From: Eledone cirrhosa
Taxonomy: Eukaryota
Length of the DNA: 64,000 nucleotides
Assembly (NCBI GenBank): GCA_964016885.1
Contig: OZ024744.1
Location: 19,964,001 to 20,028,000 of the forward strand
Reading direction: 5' to 3'
Shown here: positions 46,501 through 63,596 of the stretch, piece after piece
Position numbering within the stretch: position 1 is the first letter of the stretch
Layout: each line of letters opens with the position of its first letter
The notes under the pieces: model-generated
The model's input: the letters and a program-made list of their open reading frames with translations, nothing else
Database searches by the model: none
Told to the model about the DNA's origin: nothing
Position numbers and translations under genes: made by a program

Positions 46501-49500
46501 ACACCACATCACTCCAAACTACACCACAACACACCTCACGGCGCAACACCACTCTACACCACACCACACCGCACTACACCAGACTACACCACACCACACT
46601 ACTCCACACCACATCGCACAATTCTACACCACACTACACCACACCACACTACACCACACTACACTTCACCACACTACACCACATAACACTACACCACACC
46701 ACGTTACACCACACCACACTACACCACACTACACCACATTACACCAAACTACAACACACCACACTACTCCACACCAGTTCGCACAACTCTACACCATACC
46801 ATACTACACCACACCACTCTACACCGAACTACACCACACTACAACACAGTTTACCACATCACACCAAACTATACAACACCACACTAAACTAAACTACACT
46901 ACACTACACTACACTACACTACACTACACTACACTACACTACACTACACTACACCACCCTACACCACACTACACCACACTACACCACACTACACCACACT
47001 ACACCACACTACACTACACCCCACCACCCCACACTACACGACACCACACCAGGCTACACCACACAACACCACACCACACTAAATTACACTCCACCATATT
47101 ACACAACACCACATCACACCACACTAAGCTACACTACACTACACCACACTTCACCACACCACCCTACACCACACTACACCACACTACACCACACCATACA
47201 ACAGCACACTACACCCTACTACACCACACCAAACTACAGCACACTATATTACACTACACCATACTACAGCACACTAGACTACCCGACACTATACTACATC
47301 ACACCACACAACACTACAGCAAATCACACCACACAACACTACACCACACCACACTACACCACACTATACTAAATTTCACCTCACTACACCACACTATACC
47401 ACCCCACACTGCACCACACTAAACTACACAACACTACACCACACTACACCACAATACAACACACTACACCACACCACAGTAAACTACACCACACTAAACT
47501 AAACTAGACTACACTACACTACACCAACCCGCACTACCTCACACTACACCACACATCACCACACCACACCGCACTACACCAGACTACACCACACCACACT
47601 ACTCCACACCACATCGCACAATTCTACACCACACTACACCACACCACACTACACCACACTACACTTCACCACACTACACCACATAACACTACACCACACC
47701 ACGTTACACCACACCACACTACACCACACTACACCACATTACACCAAACTACAACACACCACACTACTCCACACCAGTTCGCACAACTCTACACCATACC
47801 ATACTACACCACACCACTCTACACCGAACTACACCACACTACACCACAGTTTACCACATCACACCAAACTACACAACACCACACTAAACTAAACTACACT
47901 ACACTACACTACACTACACTACACTACACTACACTACACTACACTACACCACACTACACCACACTACACCACACTACACCACACTACACTACACCCCACC
48001 ACCCCACACTACACGACACCACACCAGGCTACACCACACAACACCACACCACACTAAATTACACTCCACCATATTACACAACACCACATCACACCACACT
48101 AAGCTACACCACACTACACCACACTTCACCACACCACCCTACACCACACTACACCACACTACACCACACCATACAACAGCACACTACACCCTACTACACC
48201 ACACCAAACTACAGCACACTATACTACACTACACCATACTACAGCACACTAGACTACCCGACACTATACTACATCACACCACACAACACTACAGCAAATC
48301 ACACCACACAACACTACACCACACCACACTACACCACACTATACTAAATTTCACCTCGCTACACCACACTATACCACCCCACACTGCACCACACTAAACT
48401 ACACAACACTACACCACACTACACCACAATACAACACACTACACCACACCACAGTAAACTACACCACACTAAATAAACTAGACTACACTACACTACACCA
48501 ACCCGCATTACCTCACACTACACCACACATCACCACACTACACAATACCACGTTACACCACACTACACCACACCACACCACAATACAGTACACCACATTA
48601 CACCACACCGCACCACACTGCACCACACTCCACTACACCACTATACACCACACTACACCACACTACACCACAGCACTCCAAACTACACCACAACACACCA
48701 CACGGCGCAACACCACTCTACACCACACCACACCGCACTACACTACGCTACACCATACTACACTACACCACACCACCCTACACTACACTACACCACACCA
48801 CCTTACACTACACCACACAACACCACACCATATTACACTACGCCACACTTCACTACACAGCACCACACTAAACCACTACACTACACCACCCTACACTACA
48901 TCACACTACACCACACTACATCACGCTACACCAAACTACACCACACCACACTACACGACACTACACCACACTACACTACACCACACTACACTACACCACG
49001 TTACACCACACTACACCACACCACACCACTATACACTACACCACGCTACACCACAACGCACCATACTACACAACACTACACTACACCACACCACACGAAA
49101 CTACACTACACCACATCAACCTACACTACACCACACCAAACTACACTACACCACACAACACCACACGACACTACACTACACCACATTACACTACACCAAA
49201 CCACACCACACTACACGACACCACATCACACACCACACTACACTACATTACACTACACCACACATCACCACACTACACGACACCACACTACACTACACTA
49301 CACCACGCCACACCTCACCTCACCACAATACACTACACCATACTACACCACACCACAACGCACCAAACTACACCACATTACACCACACTACACCACAGCA
49401 CACCAAACTGCAGTACACCACCCCACACGACGCAACACCACACTACACGACACTACACCACACTCACTACACTACTCTACACCACACCACCCTAGACTAC

Positions 49501-52500
49501 ACCACACCACACTATACCAAACCACATTACACTACGTCACACATCGCTACACGCCACCACACTACACCACTACACTACACAACACTACACTACACTACAC
49601 AATACCACACTAGACTAAACTACACTACACCACCCTACACCACACTACACCACACCACAGCATACCATACTACACAACACCATACTACACTACACCACAC
49701 TACACTACACCACACTACACTACACCACAACACACTACACCACACCACACCACACTACACCACAACACACTATACCACACCACGCGACACCACACGACAC
49801 CACAACACACCACACTACACCACACTAAACCACACCAAACTGCACCACACTATACTACACCACACTACACCACACTACACACACCACACTACACAACACT
49901 ACATTACACTACACTACACTACACCTCATTACATTCCAATACACCACACTACACCACACTACACCACACTACACTACATCATACTACACCACACCATACC
50001 ACACCCCTCACACTATACTTCACCACACTACACCACAATTCACCACTGCACTATACCCCACCACACTACAACACACAACACTACACCACACTACACCAAA
50101 CTACACCACACTACACCAAACTACACCATACCACACTACTCCACACAACATCGCAGCCCTCTATACCACACCACACTAAACCACACCACCCCACACTACA
50201 CCACACTACACCACAGTATACCACACTACACCAAACTACACCACACCATGCTACGCATCCCGACACTACACAACACCACACCACCCTACACTACACCACA
50301 TAACACCACACTACACCACAGAACACCACACCACACCACGCTACACCACACTAAACCACACCATACCGCACTACACCAGACTACACCACACCACACTACT
50401 CCACACCACATCGCACAATTCTACACCACACTACACCACACCACACTACACCACACTACACTTCACCACACTACACCACATAACACTACACCACACCACG
50501 TTACACCACACCACACCACACTACACCACATTACACCAAACTACAACACACCACACTACTACACCACAGTTTACCACACCACACCAAACTACACAACACA
50601 ACACTAAACTAAACTAGACTACACTACACTACACCAACCCGCACTACCTCACACTACACCACACATCACCACACTACACAATACCACGTTACACCACACT
50701 ACACCACACCACACCACAATACACTACACCACATTACACCACACCGCACCACACTGCACCACACTCCACTACACCACTCTACACCACACTACACCATACT
50801 ACACCACATCACTCCAAACTACACCACAACACACCACACGGCGCAACACCACTCTACACCACACCACACCGCACTACACCAGACTACACCACACCACACT
50901 ACTCCACACCACATCGCACAATTCTACACCACACTACACCACACCACACTACACCACACTACACTTCACCACACTACACCACATAACACTACACCACACC
51001 ACGTTACACCACACCACACTACACCACACTACACCACATTACACCAAACTACAACATACCACACTACTCCACACCAGTTCGCACAACTCTACACCATACC
51101 ATACTACACCACACCACTCTACACCGAACTACACCACACTACACCACAGTTTACCACATCACACCAAACTACACAACACCACACTAAACTAAACTACACT
51201 ACACCACACTACACTACGCTACACTACACTACACCACCCTACACCACGCTACACCACACTACACCACACTACACCACACTACACTACACCCCACCACCCC
51301 ACACTACACGACACCACACCAGGCTACACCACACAACACCACACCACACTAAATTACACTCCACCATATTACACAACACCACATCACACCACACTAAGCT
51401 ACACCACACTACACCACACTTCACCACACCACCCTACACCACACTACACCACACTACACTACACCACACTATACTAAATTTCACCTCACTACACCACACT
51501 ATACCACCCCACACTGCACCACACTAAACTACACAACACTACACCACACTACACCACAATACAACACACTACACCACACCACAGTAAACTACACCACACT
51601 AAACTAAACTAGACTACACTACACTACACCAACTCGCACTACCTCACATTACACCACACATCACCACACTACACAATACCACATTACACCACACTACACC
51701 ACACCACACCACAATACACTACACCACATTACACCACACCGCACCACACTGCACCACACTCCACTACACCACTCTACACCACACTACACCACACTACACC
51801 ACAGCACTCCAAACTACACCACAACACACCACACGGCGCAACACCACTCTACACCACACCACACCGCACTACACTACGTTACACCATACTACACTACACC
51901 ACACCACACTACACTACACTACACCACACCACCTTACACTACACCACACAACACCACACCATATTACACTACGCCACACTTCACTACACAGCACCACACT
52001 AAACCACTACACTACACCACCCTACACTACATCACACTACACCACACTACAACACGCTACACCAAACTACACCACACCACACTACACGACACTACACCAC
52101 ACTACACTACACCACACTACACTACACCACGTTACACCACACTACACCACACCACACCACTATACACTACACCACGCTACACCACAACGCACCATACTAC
52201 ACAACACTACACTACACCACACCACACGAAACTACACTACACCACATCAACCTACACTACACCACACCAAACTACACTACACCACACAACACCACACGAC
52301 ACTACACTACACCACATTACACTACACCAAACCACACCACACTACACGACACCACATCACACACCACACTACACTACATCACACTACACCACACATCACC
52401 ACACTACACGACACCACACTACACTACACTACACCACGCCACACCTCACCTCACCACAATACACTACACCATACTACACCACACCACAACGCACCAAACT

Positions 52501-55500
52501 ACACCACATTACACCACACTACACCACAGCACACCAAACTGCAGTACACCACCCCACACGACGCAACACCACACTACACGACACTACACCACACTCACTA
52601 CACTACTCTACACCACACCACCCTAGACTACACCACACCACACTATACCAAACCACATTACACTACGTCACACATCGCTACACGGCACCACACTACACCA
52701 CTACACTACACAACACTACACTACACAATACCACACTACACTAAACTACACTACACCACCCTACACCACACTACACCACACCACAGCATACCATACTACA
52801 TAACACCATACTACACTACACCACACTACACTACACCACACTACACTACACCACAACTCACTACACCACACCACACTACACCACAACACACTATACCACA
52901 CCACGCGACACCACACGACACCACAACACACCACACTACACCACACTAAACCACACCAAACTGCACCACACTATACTACACCACACTACACCACACTGCA
53001 CACACCACACTACACAACACTACATTACACTACACTACACTACACCTCATTACATTCCAATACACCACACTACACCACACTACACCACACTACACTACAT
53101 CATACTACACCACACCATACCACACCCCTCACACTATACTTCACCACACTACACCACAATTCACCACTGCACTATACCCCACCACACTACAACACACAAC
53201 ACTACACCACACTACACCAACCTACACCACACTACACCAAACTACACCATACCACACTACTCCACACAACATCGCAGCCCTCTATACCACACCACACTAA
53301 ACCAAACCACCCCACACTACACCACACTACACCACAGTATACCACACTACACCAAACTACACCACACCATGCTACGCATCCCGACACTACACAACACCAC
53401 ACCACCCTACACTACACCACAGTACACTATACTACACCACACTATACTACACAACACAACACTATACTACAACACACGACACTACACTACACCATCCTAC
53501 ACGACCCTCTACCACACCAGACCATACTACACCACACTACACTACACTACACAACACCACACTACACTAAACTTCACTACACCACATCACACAACACTAC
53601 ACCAAATCACACCACAATACACTACACCACACCACACTGCACCACACCACACTGCACCACAGCAAACCACACCGCACCATACAACACAACATCGCACTAC
53701 ACTACACCACACTACACCACAGTACACTACACCACAATACATCATACTACACCACACTACACCACACCACACTATACTACACCACACCACACTACACTAC
53801 ACTACACCACACTACACCACATTACACTAAAACTACAGAACACCACACTACAGCACACTGCACCACACTACACTACACCCTACTACACAACACCACACTA
53901 CACTATACTACGCGTCACTAAATCACACAGCACTACACTATAGCACACTACACTAGACAACTCCAAACCACACTACACCACACTACACTACACCACACCA
54001 AACTACACCACACCACACCACACCACACTATACTACGCAACACTAAACCACACCACACTACACTATACCACACTACACTACACCACACTACACTACACCA
54101 TTCTACACCACAACACCCTACACCACACTACACCACACTACACACTACACCACACTTCACCACACTACACCACACTACACCACACTACACCACACCACAA
54201 CACACTACACCATACTACACCACACTACACTACAGTATTACACGCCAAACCAAACTACACCACACTAAATTAAACTACACTACACCACACTACATTACAC
54301 TACACCACACCACACTACAGTACACTACACAACACTACACTACACTAAACTACACTACACTACACTACTCCACACTACACTACTCCACACTACACTACAC
54401 CACACTACGCTACACCACACTACACCACACTTCTCGACACTACACCAAACCACACCACACTACTCCACACTACACTACACCACACTACACTACACAACAC
54501 TACACTACAGCAAACTACACCACACTACTCCACAGCACACCAAACTACAGCACACCACAGCACACGACGCAACGCTACACTTCACCCACCACACCGCACT
54601 ACACCACGCTACACTATACTACACTTCATTACACTAAACCACACCACCCTACTCTACACCACACAACACAACACATTTTACACCACACCTCCCTACACTA
54701 CACTATACTACACCACCCTACACTACACCACACTACACCACACCACACTACACCACACCACATTAGACTACGCCACACATCACTACACCGCACCACAAAA
54801 CAACACTACACTACACCACACTACACTACACTACGCCACCCTACACTACACTACACTGCACTACACCACCCTACACCATCCTACACCACACCACGACTTA
54901 CCAAACTACACTACACCACACCAAACTTAACTAAACTAAACTACACTACAACAACCCACAATACTTCACAGTACACCAGACATCACAACACTACACGACA
55001 CCACACTACCCCACACCACAACACACTACACCACACTAAACCACACCAAACTGCACCACACTAAACTACACCACACTACACCACACTACACCACACTACA
55101 CTACACAACACTACACTACACCACACAACACTACACAACACAACACTTCAATACACCACACTACACCACACTACGCTACACCACACCACACTACACCATA
55201 GTACACTACACCACACCACACTACACCACACTACACTACACCACACTACACCACACTACACCACACAACACCAAATTACACCACACCACATCGCACCACT
55301 CTATACCACACTACACTACACCACACCACACCACACTACACCACACTACACCACACTACACTACACCACGTTACACCACACTACACCACACCCCACCACA
55401 TAGCACCACAACACAATACACCACACTACACCACAGCACATCAAATTAGAGCACACCACACCACACGACGCAACACCACACTACACCACGCTACACCGCA

Positions 55501-58500
55501 CTACACCACACCACACCAAACTACAGCACACCACATCACACGAAGCAACACCACACTACACATCACCTCGACGCACTATGCTACACCACCCAACACTACA
55601 CTACACCATCCTACACTACAGCACACTACATCACATCACACTACACCCCACCACATTACACTACGCCACTACACTACACCACACTACACTACACTACACT
55701 ACACCACACTACACTACACCACACTACACTACACTACATCACACTACACTACACCACCCTACACCACACTACACCACACTACACCACACTACACCACACT
55801 ACACCACACCACACTACACGACAGCACACCACACTACACCACACAACACAAAACTACACTAAACTACACTCCACCATATTACACACCACCACATCACACC
55901 ACACTAAGTTACACCACACTACACCACACTTCACCACACCACACTACACCACACTACACCACACCATACAAAAGCACACTACACCCTACTACACCACACC
56001 AAACTACAGCACACTATTCTACACTACACCATACTACAGCACACTAGACTACACGACACCAAATTACATCACACCACACCACACTACACCGAATCACACC
56101 ACACAACACTACACCACACCGCACTACACCACACTATACTAGATTTCACCTCACTACACCACACTATACCACCCCACACTGCACCACACTAAACTACACA
56201 ACACTACACCACACCACACTACACTACAACACACTACACCACACCACAGTATACTACACCACACTAAACTAAACTAGACTACACTACACCACTCTACACC
56301 ACACTACACCACACTACACCACAGCACTCCAAAGTACACCACAACACACCACACGACGCAACCCCACACTACACCACACCACACAAAACTACACCACGCT
56401 ACACCATACTAAAATACACTACACCACACCAACCTACACTATACAACACACACTACCGTACAGTAAACACAACACCACACCACATTACACTACGCCACAC
56501 AGCACTATACCGCACCAGACTAAACCACTACACAACACCACACTACACTACACCACGTTACACCACACCACGCCACACGACGCTGCACCACACTACACTA
56601 CACCACTCTACACCACACTACACCACACTACAACACAGCACTCCAAACTACACCACAATACACCACACGACGCAACAGCACACGACATCACACCACACCG
56701 CACTACTCCACGCTACACCATACTACAACACACCACACCACCCTACACTACACTACACCACCTTACACTACACCACACAACACCACACCACATTACACTA
56801 CGCCACACATCACTACACGGCACCACACTAAACCACTACACTACACTGCCCTACACTACATCACACTACACCACACTACACCACGCTACAACAAACTACA
56901 CCACACCACACTACACCACACTACACCACACTACACTACACCGCACTACACTACCCCACACTACACTACACTACACCACGTTACACCACACTACAACACA
57001 CCACACCACAATACACTATACCACGCTACACAAAACCGCACCATACTACACAACACTACACTACACCACACTACATGACTAGATCGCACCACACTACAAT
57101 ACGATACTACACCACACTACACTAAACTACACCACCCTACACCACACCACGTCATACCACACTGCACTACACCACAACAGACTACACCACAACACACTAC
57201 ACCACAGCACACCACACTACACCACACTACATCACACTACACTACAGCACACTACACCACATTACACTACACCAAACCACACCACACTACACGACACCAC
57301 ATCACACACCACACTACACTACATCACACTACATCACACACAACCACACTACACGACACCACACTACACTAGACTACACCACGCCACACCACACCTCACC
57401 ACAATACACAACACCATACTACACCACACCACACCGCACCACACTACACCACATTACAACACACTACACCACAGCACACCAGCCCACACGACGCAACACC
57501 ACACTACACGACACTACACCACACTCCCCTACACTACTCTACACCACACCACCCTATACTACACTACACCACCCTATACTACACCACACTACACCACACC
57601 ACACTATACCACACCACATTACACTACGCCACACATAGCTACACCGCACCATACTACATCACACTACACTACACTACAGCACACTACACTACACTACACC
57701 ACCCTACACCACACTACACCACACCACAGCATTCCACACTACACTACACCAAAACACACTACACCACACTACACTACACTACACCACAGAGTACTATACC
57801 AATTCGCGCTACACCGCACTAAACAACACCACACAAAACTACACCACACTAAACCACACCTCACTACACCACACCATACTACACTACACCACAGTACACC
57901 ACACTACAACACACTACACTGCACCATACTATACCACAAAACACCACACCACACTATACTACATCACACTAAACAACACCACAAAGCAACACACTACACT
58001 ACACCACACTACAGCACAAACACTACACCACACCACACTACTCCACACCACATCGCACCACTCCACACCACACCACACTACACCACACCACACCACACTA
58101 CACCACACTACACCTCACTACACCACACCATACCACACCACACTACACAACACCACACTAAACTAAACTACACTACTCTACCCCACACTACACCACACCA
58201 CACTACACCAGACTACACCACACCACAATACACCACACTACACCATACTACACCAAACTACACCACACCACACTACACCACACCGCACCACACTACATCA
58301 CACTGCGCTAAACCACACCACTCCACACTACACTACACCACACCAGACTAAACCACACTAAGAAACACTGAACTACACCAGACTACACAACAGTACACCA
58401 AACTACACCACACCAAACTACGCTACATCACACTACACCACAACACGGATCACCACTCTGTACTACACAACACTACACCACACTACACTACACTACACAA

Positions 58501-61500
58501 CGTTTCACAAAAATACTCCACACCACACCATATAACAATACACTATACCACACTAAACCACAACACACCACTCCACACAAAACCACATTACACAACACCA
58601 CACTACACCACACTACACCACACCGCACTACAGCAAACCACACCTCACAACGCAACACCACACAACACCACACCACACCGCACTACAACATGCTACACCA
58701 TACTACACTACACTACATCACACTACACAAAACAACAACAAACTACACCACACCACACTAAACTACAACACACTACACAACACTACACAACACTACACCA
58801 CACTACACTAGACTAACGGCATCAAAGCACACCACACCACATTGCACAACACTACACCACACTACACCACACTACACAACACTACATTACACCACACCAC
58901 ACCACAACACACCAAACCGCACTACACTACACCTCACCACACCACCCCACACTTCACCACACCAAACCGCACTAAGTCACACCGCACGAAACTTCACCAC
59001 ACTACACTGGACCACACCCCACGTCACCACACTACACTAAACTACACCACACCGCACTACATCACACCGCACTACACCACACCTCACGACACAACACTAC
59101 ACCAAAGCACACATACATTACACCAGGCTACACTACACCAAACCACATTGCATCACGCTGCACTAAACTACACTACATCACACGACACCACACTACACTA
59201 AACTACACCACACCACATCTCACCAGACTACCCCACACTACACCAAACTACACCACACCACACTACACTACAACACACTACACTACACAACACTACACCA
59301 CCCTACACCACCCTACACCACATCACACTAAACTACCCTACACCACACCACACTATACCACACTGCCCTACACCACACTACACAACACTACACCACACCA
59401 CAGTACAACACACTACACCATACTACACCAAACTACACCGCACCACACCGCACCACACTACACCACACCACACTACGCGATACCAAACTACAACACATCA
59501 GACAACACCACACCAGGCTACACTACACAGCACCACATTATACCACACTGCAATAAACTACACTACACCACACGACACCACACTACACTAAACTACACCA
59601 CACCACATCACACCCCACTACCCCAAACTACACCAAACTACACCACACCACACTACACCACACCACACCACACTACACCACACAACACCACACTACACTA
59701 AACTATACTACACCACATCTCACACCATTACACCACACTGCACCACACTAAACTACACTACACTACACCACATTACACCACACTACACCGCACCACACTA
59801 TACTACACCACGCTACACCACACCACATCACATCACCTCATACCCCACTACACTACACCACACCCACTTCACTACATTACACCACACTACGCCACACTAC
59901 ACCACACCAAACAACACTACACCAAACCACTCCACACACAACACTACACCACACCTAACACCACACCACACCACACCACACTACACTACACCTGACTAGA
60001 CCACACAACATCACACCACACTACACCACTCTACACCACACTTAACCACACAACACCACACCACAATGCACTACACCACGCTACACCATACTACACCACA
60101 CTACACTACACCACACTTCACCACACTACACTACACCACACTACACCACATCACACTACACCACACTACTCCACACTACACTACACCACACCACACTACA
60201 CTACACCACAGAACACCACACCACACCACGCTACACCACACTAAACCACACCATACCGCACTACACCAGACTACACCACACCACACTACTCCACACCACA
60301 TCAAACAATTCTACACCACACTACACCACACCACACTACACCACACTACACATCACCACACTACACCACAGTTTACCATACCACACCAAACTACACAACA
60401 ACACACTAAACTAAACTATACTACACCACACTACACTACACTACACTACACTACACTACATTACACTACACTACACTACACCACCCTACACCACACTACA
60501 CCACACTACAGCACACTACACCACACTACACTAAACCCCACCACCCCACACTACACGACACCACACCACGCTACACCACACAACACCACACCACACTAAA
60601 TTACACTCCACCATATTACACAACACCACATCACACCACACTAAGCTACACCACACTACACCACACTTCACCACACCACACTACACCACACTACACCACA
60701 CTACACCACACCATACAACAGCACACTACACCCTACTACACCACACCAAACTACAGCACACTATACTATACTACACCATACTACAGCACACTAGTCTACC
60801 CGACACGACACTACATCACACCACACAACACTACACCAAATCACACCACACAACACTACACCACACCAAACTACACCACACTATACTAAATTTCACCTCA
60901 CTACACCACACTATACCACCCCACACTGCACCACACTAAACTACACAACACTACACCACACTACACCACACTACAACACACTACACCACACCACAGTATA
61001 CTACACCACACTAAATTAAACTAGACTACACTACACTACACCAACCCGCACTACCTCACACTACACCACACATCATCACACTACACAATACCACGTTACA
61101 CCACACTACACCACACCACACCACAATACACTACACCACATTACACCACACCGCACCACCCTGCACCACACTCCACTACACCACTCTACACCACACTACA
61201 CCACACTACACCACATCACTCCAAACTACACCACAACACACCACACGGCGCAACACCACTCTACACCACACCACACCGCACTACACCACGCTACACTATA
61301 CTACACTACACCACACCACCCTACATAACACTACACCACACCACCTTACACTGCACCACACAACACCACACCACATTTCACTACGCCATATTTCACTACA
61401 CAGCACCATACTAAACCACTACACTACACAACCCTACACTACATCACACTACACCACACTACAACACGCTACACCAAAGTACACCACACCACACTACACG

Positions 61501-63165
61501 ACACTACACCACACTACACTACACCACACTATACTACACTACACCACGTTACACCACACTACACCACACCACACCACAATACACTACACCACGCTACACC
61601 ACAACGCACCATACTATACAACACTACACTACAACACACCACACGAAACTACACTACACCACATCAACCTACACTACACCACACCAAACTACACTACACC
61701 ACACAACACCACACGACACTACACCACAGCACATTAGACTATGCCACAAATGACTACATCACACTACACTACCCACACTACACCACATTACACTACACCA
61801 AACCGCACCACACTACACGACACCACATCACACACCGCACTACACTACATCACACTACACCACACATCACGACACTACACGACACCACACTACACTACAC
61901 CACGCCACACCTCACCTCACCACAATACACTACACCATACTACACCACACCACAACGCACCACACTACACCACATTACACCACACTACACCACAGCACAC
62001 AAAACTGCAGCACACCACCCCACACGACGCAACACCACACTACACGACACTACACCACACTCACTACACTACTCTACACCACACCACCCTAGACTACACC
62101 ACACCACACCATATCACAATACACTACACCACTCCACACAAAATCACATTACACTACACCACACTACACCACACTAAACTACACTACACTACACCACACT
62201 ACACCACACTACACCGCACCACACTATACTACACCACGCTACACCACACCACATCACACCACCTCATACCCCACTGCACTACACCACACCGTACTACACT
62301 ACATTACACCACACTACACCACACTACACCACACTACACCACACCACACAACACTACAACACACCACACCACACCACACACCACGCTACACCACACCACA
62401 TCACACCACCTCATACCCCACTACACTACACCACACCACACAACACTACATTACACCGCACAACACTACACCACACGACACCACACACCACACTACACCA
62501 CACCTAACACCACACCACACCATACTTCACTACACTACACCTCACTACACCACACAACACCACACCACACGACACCACATTACACCGCACCACACTACAG
62601 TACACTACACCACACTATACTACACCCCGCTACACCACACCACATCACACCACCTCATACCCCAATACACCACACTTAACCACATTACACCCCACCGCAC
62701 TACACCACACTACACCACACTACACTACACTATACCACACTATACCACACCACACTACATCACACCTCACTACACTACATTACACTACACTACACCACAC
62801 CACACCACACTACACCTCACTACACCACACTACACCATACCACACTGCACTACACTACACTACACCACACTACACCACACTACACCACACTACTCCACAC
62901 CACGCCGCACAGCACTACACCACGCTCCACCATACTACACTACACCACACTACATTACATTACACCACACTTCACCACACTACACCACACCACACTACAG
63001 CACAACATACTTCACGACACTACAACGCACTACACCACACTGCACTACACTACCCTACACCACACTACACCACACTACACCACACTACACAACATTACAC
63101 CACGCTACACTATACTACACCACACTACACTACACCAACTACACCGTATACCTCACCACACCATA
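10561..63165. repeat. About 52.6 kb uninterrupted degenerate (CACTA/CACCA)n satellite with mosaic higher-order repeats
   Basis: 5-bp periodicity throughout, one orientation only, and rare marker strings recurring at kb distances (e.g. GCTACGCATCCCGAC near 23546, 30203, 35118, 39107, 41766, 50250, 53371). Confidence 0.97.
12326..12418. repeat. Longest pure (ACACT)n tract I saw in the satellite
   Basis: About 18 uninterrupted TACAC units. Confidence 0.85.
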
Positions 63166-63204
63166 CACATTCATTCATACCCATAAAACAGATATGACGC
63201 TATT

Positions 63205-63245
63205 AGAAGAAAAGAAAAGAACAGAAAAGAAGAGAAAGTAAAAAT
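63205..63245. repeat. Purine-rich degenerate (GAAAA)n tract
   Basis: AGAAGAAAAGAAAAGAACAGAAAAGAAGAGAAAG. Confidence 0.6.
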
Positions 63246-63312
63246 ATGTCAAATGTTAAAGAAACAAAACAAAGGAAGCAAATTAAGAAAAGCCACCATA
63301 AATAGAATTAAG

Positions 63313-63560
63313 ACAACAACAATTCTTATAACAACAATAACAACAACAATAACAACAACAATAACAACAACAATAACTATAACAGCAATAACAACAACAA
63401 TTAATTATTATAACAATAACTATAACAGCAATAACAACAACAATAACAACAACAATAATAACAATAGCAACAGCAACAATAACAATAATGAAAATAATGA
63501 TAATGATATTGATAATGATATTAATGATAATGATATTAATGATAATGATATTAATGATAA
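63313..63560. repeat. Compound trinucleotide microsatellite (AAC/AAT)n grading into (GAT/AAT/ATT)n
   Basis: ACAACAATA units up to about 63490, then GATAATGATATT(AAT) units. Confidence 0.9.
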
Positions 63561-63596
63561 AGCCCTAGATGATATTACGATCCCCAAACTAACCAT

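Noticed and set aside
981-62679. Dozens of His/Thr/Tyr/Pro/Leu-rich ORFs (HTTLH/YTTPH), up to 608 aa, and their VVWCS antisense ORFs
   Set aside because: A 5-bp repeat gives the same pentapeptide in all three frames, and the G-poor strand rarely forms stops. The ORFs overlap in several frames, paralogous blocks do not keep frame, and many start at non-ATG codons.
1-63165. CACTA motif suggesting En/Spm (CACTA) DNA transposon ends
   Set aside because: CACTA is simply the satellite unit. There is no inverted TAGTG terminus, subterminal repeat or transposase.
1-63165. Telomeric repeat or CRISPR-like array
   Set aside because: The unit is not TTAGG or TTAGGG and is highly degenerate with kb-scale duplications. 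There is no constant repeat with unique spacers and no cas genes, and the context is eukaryotic.
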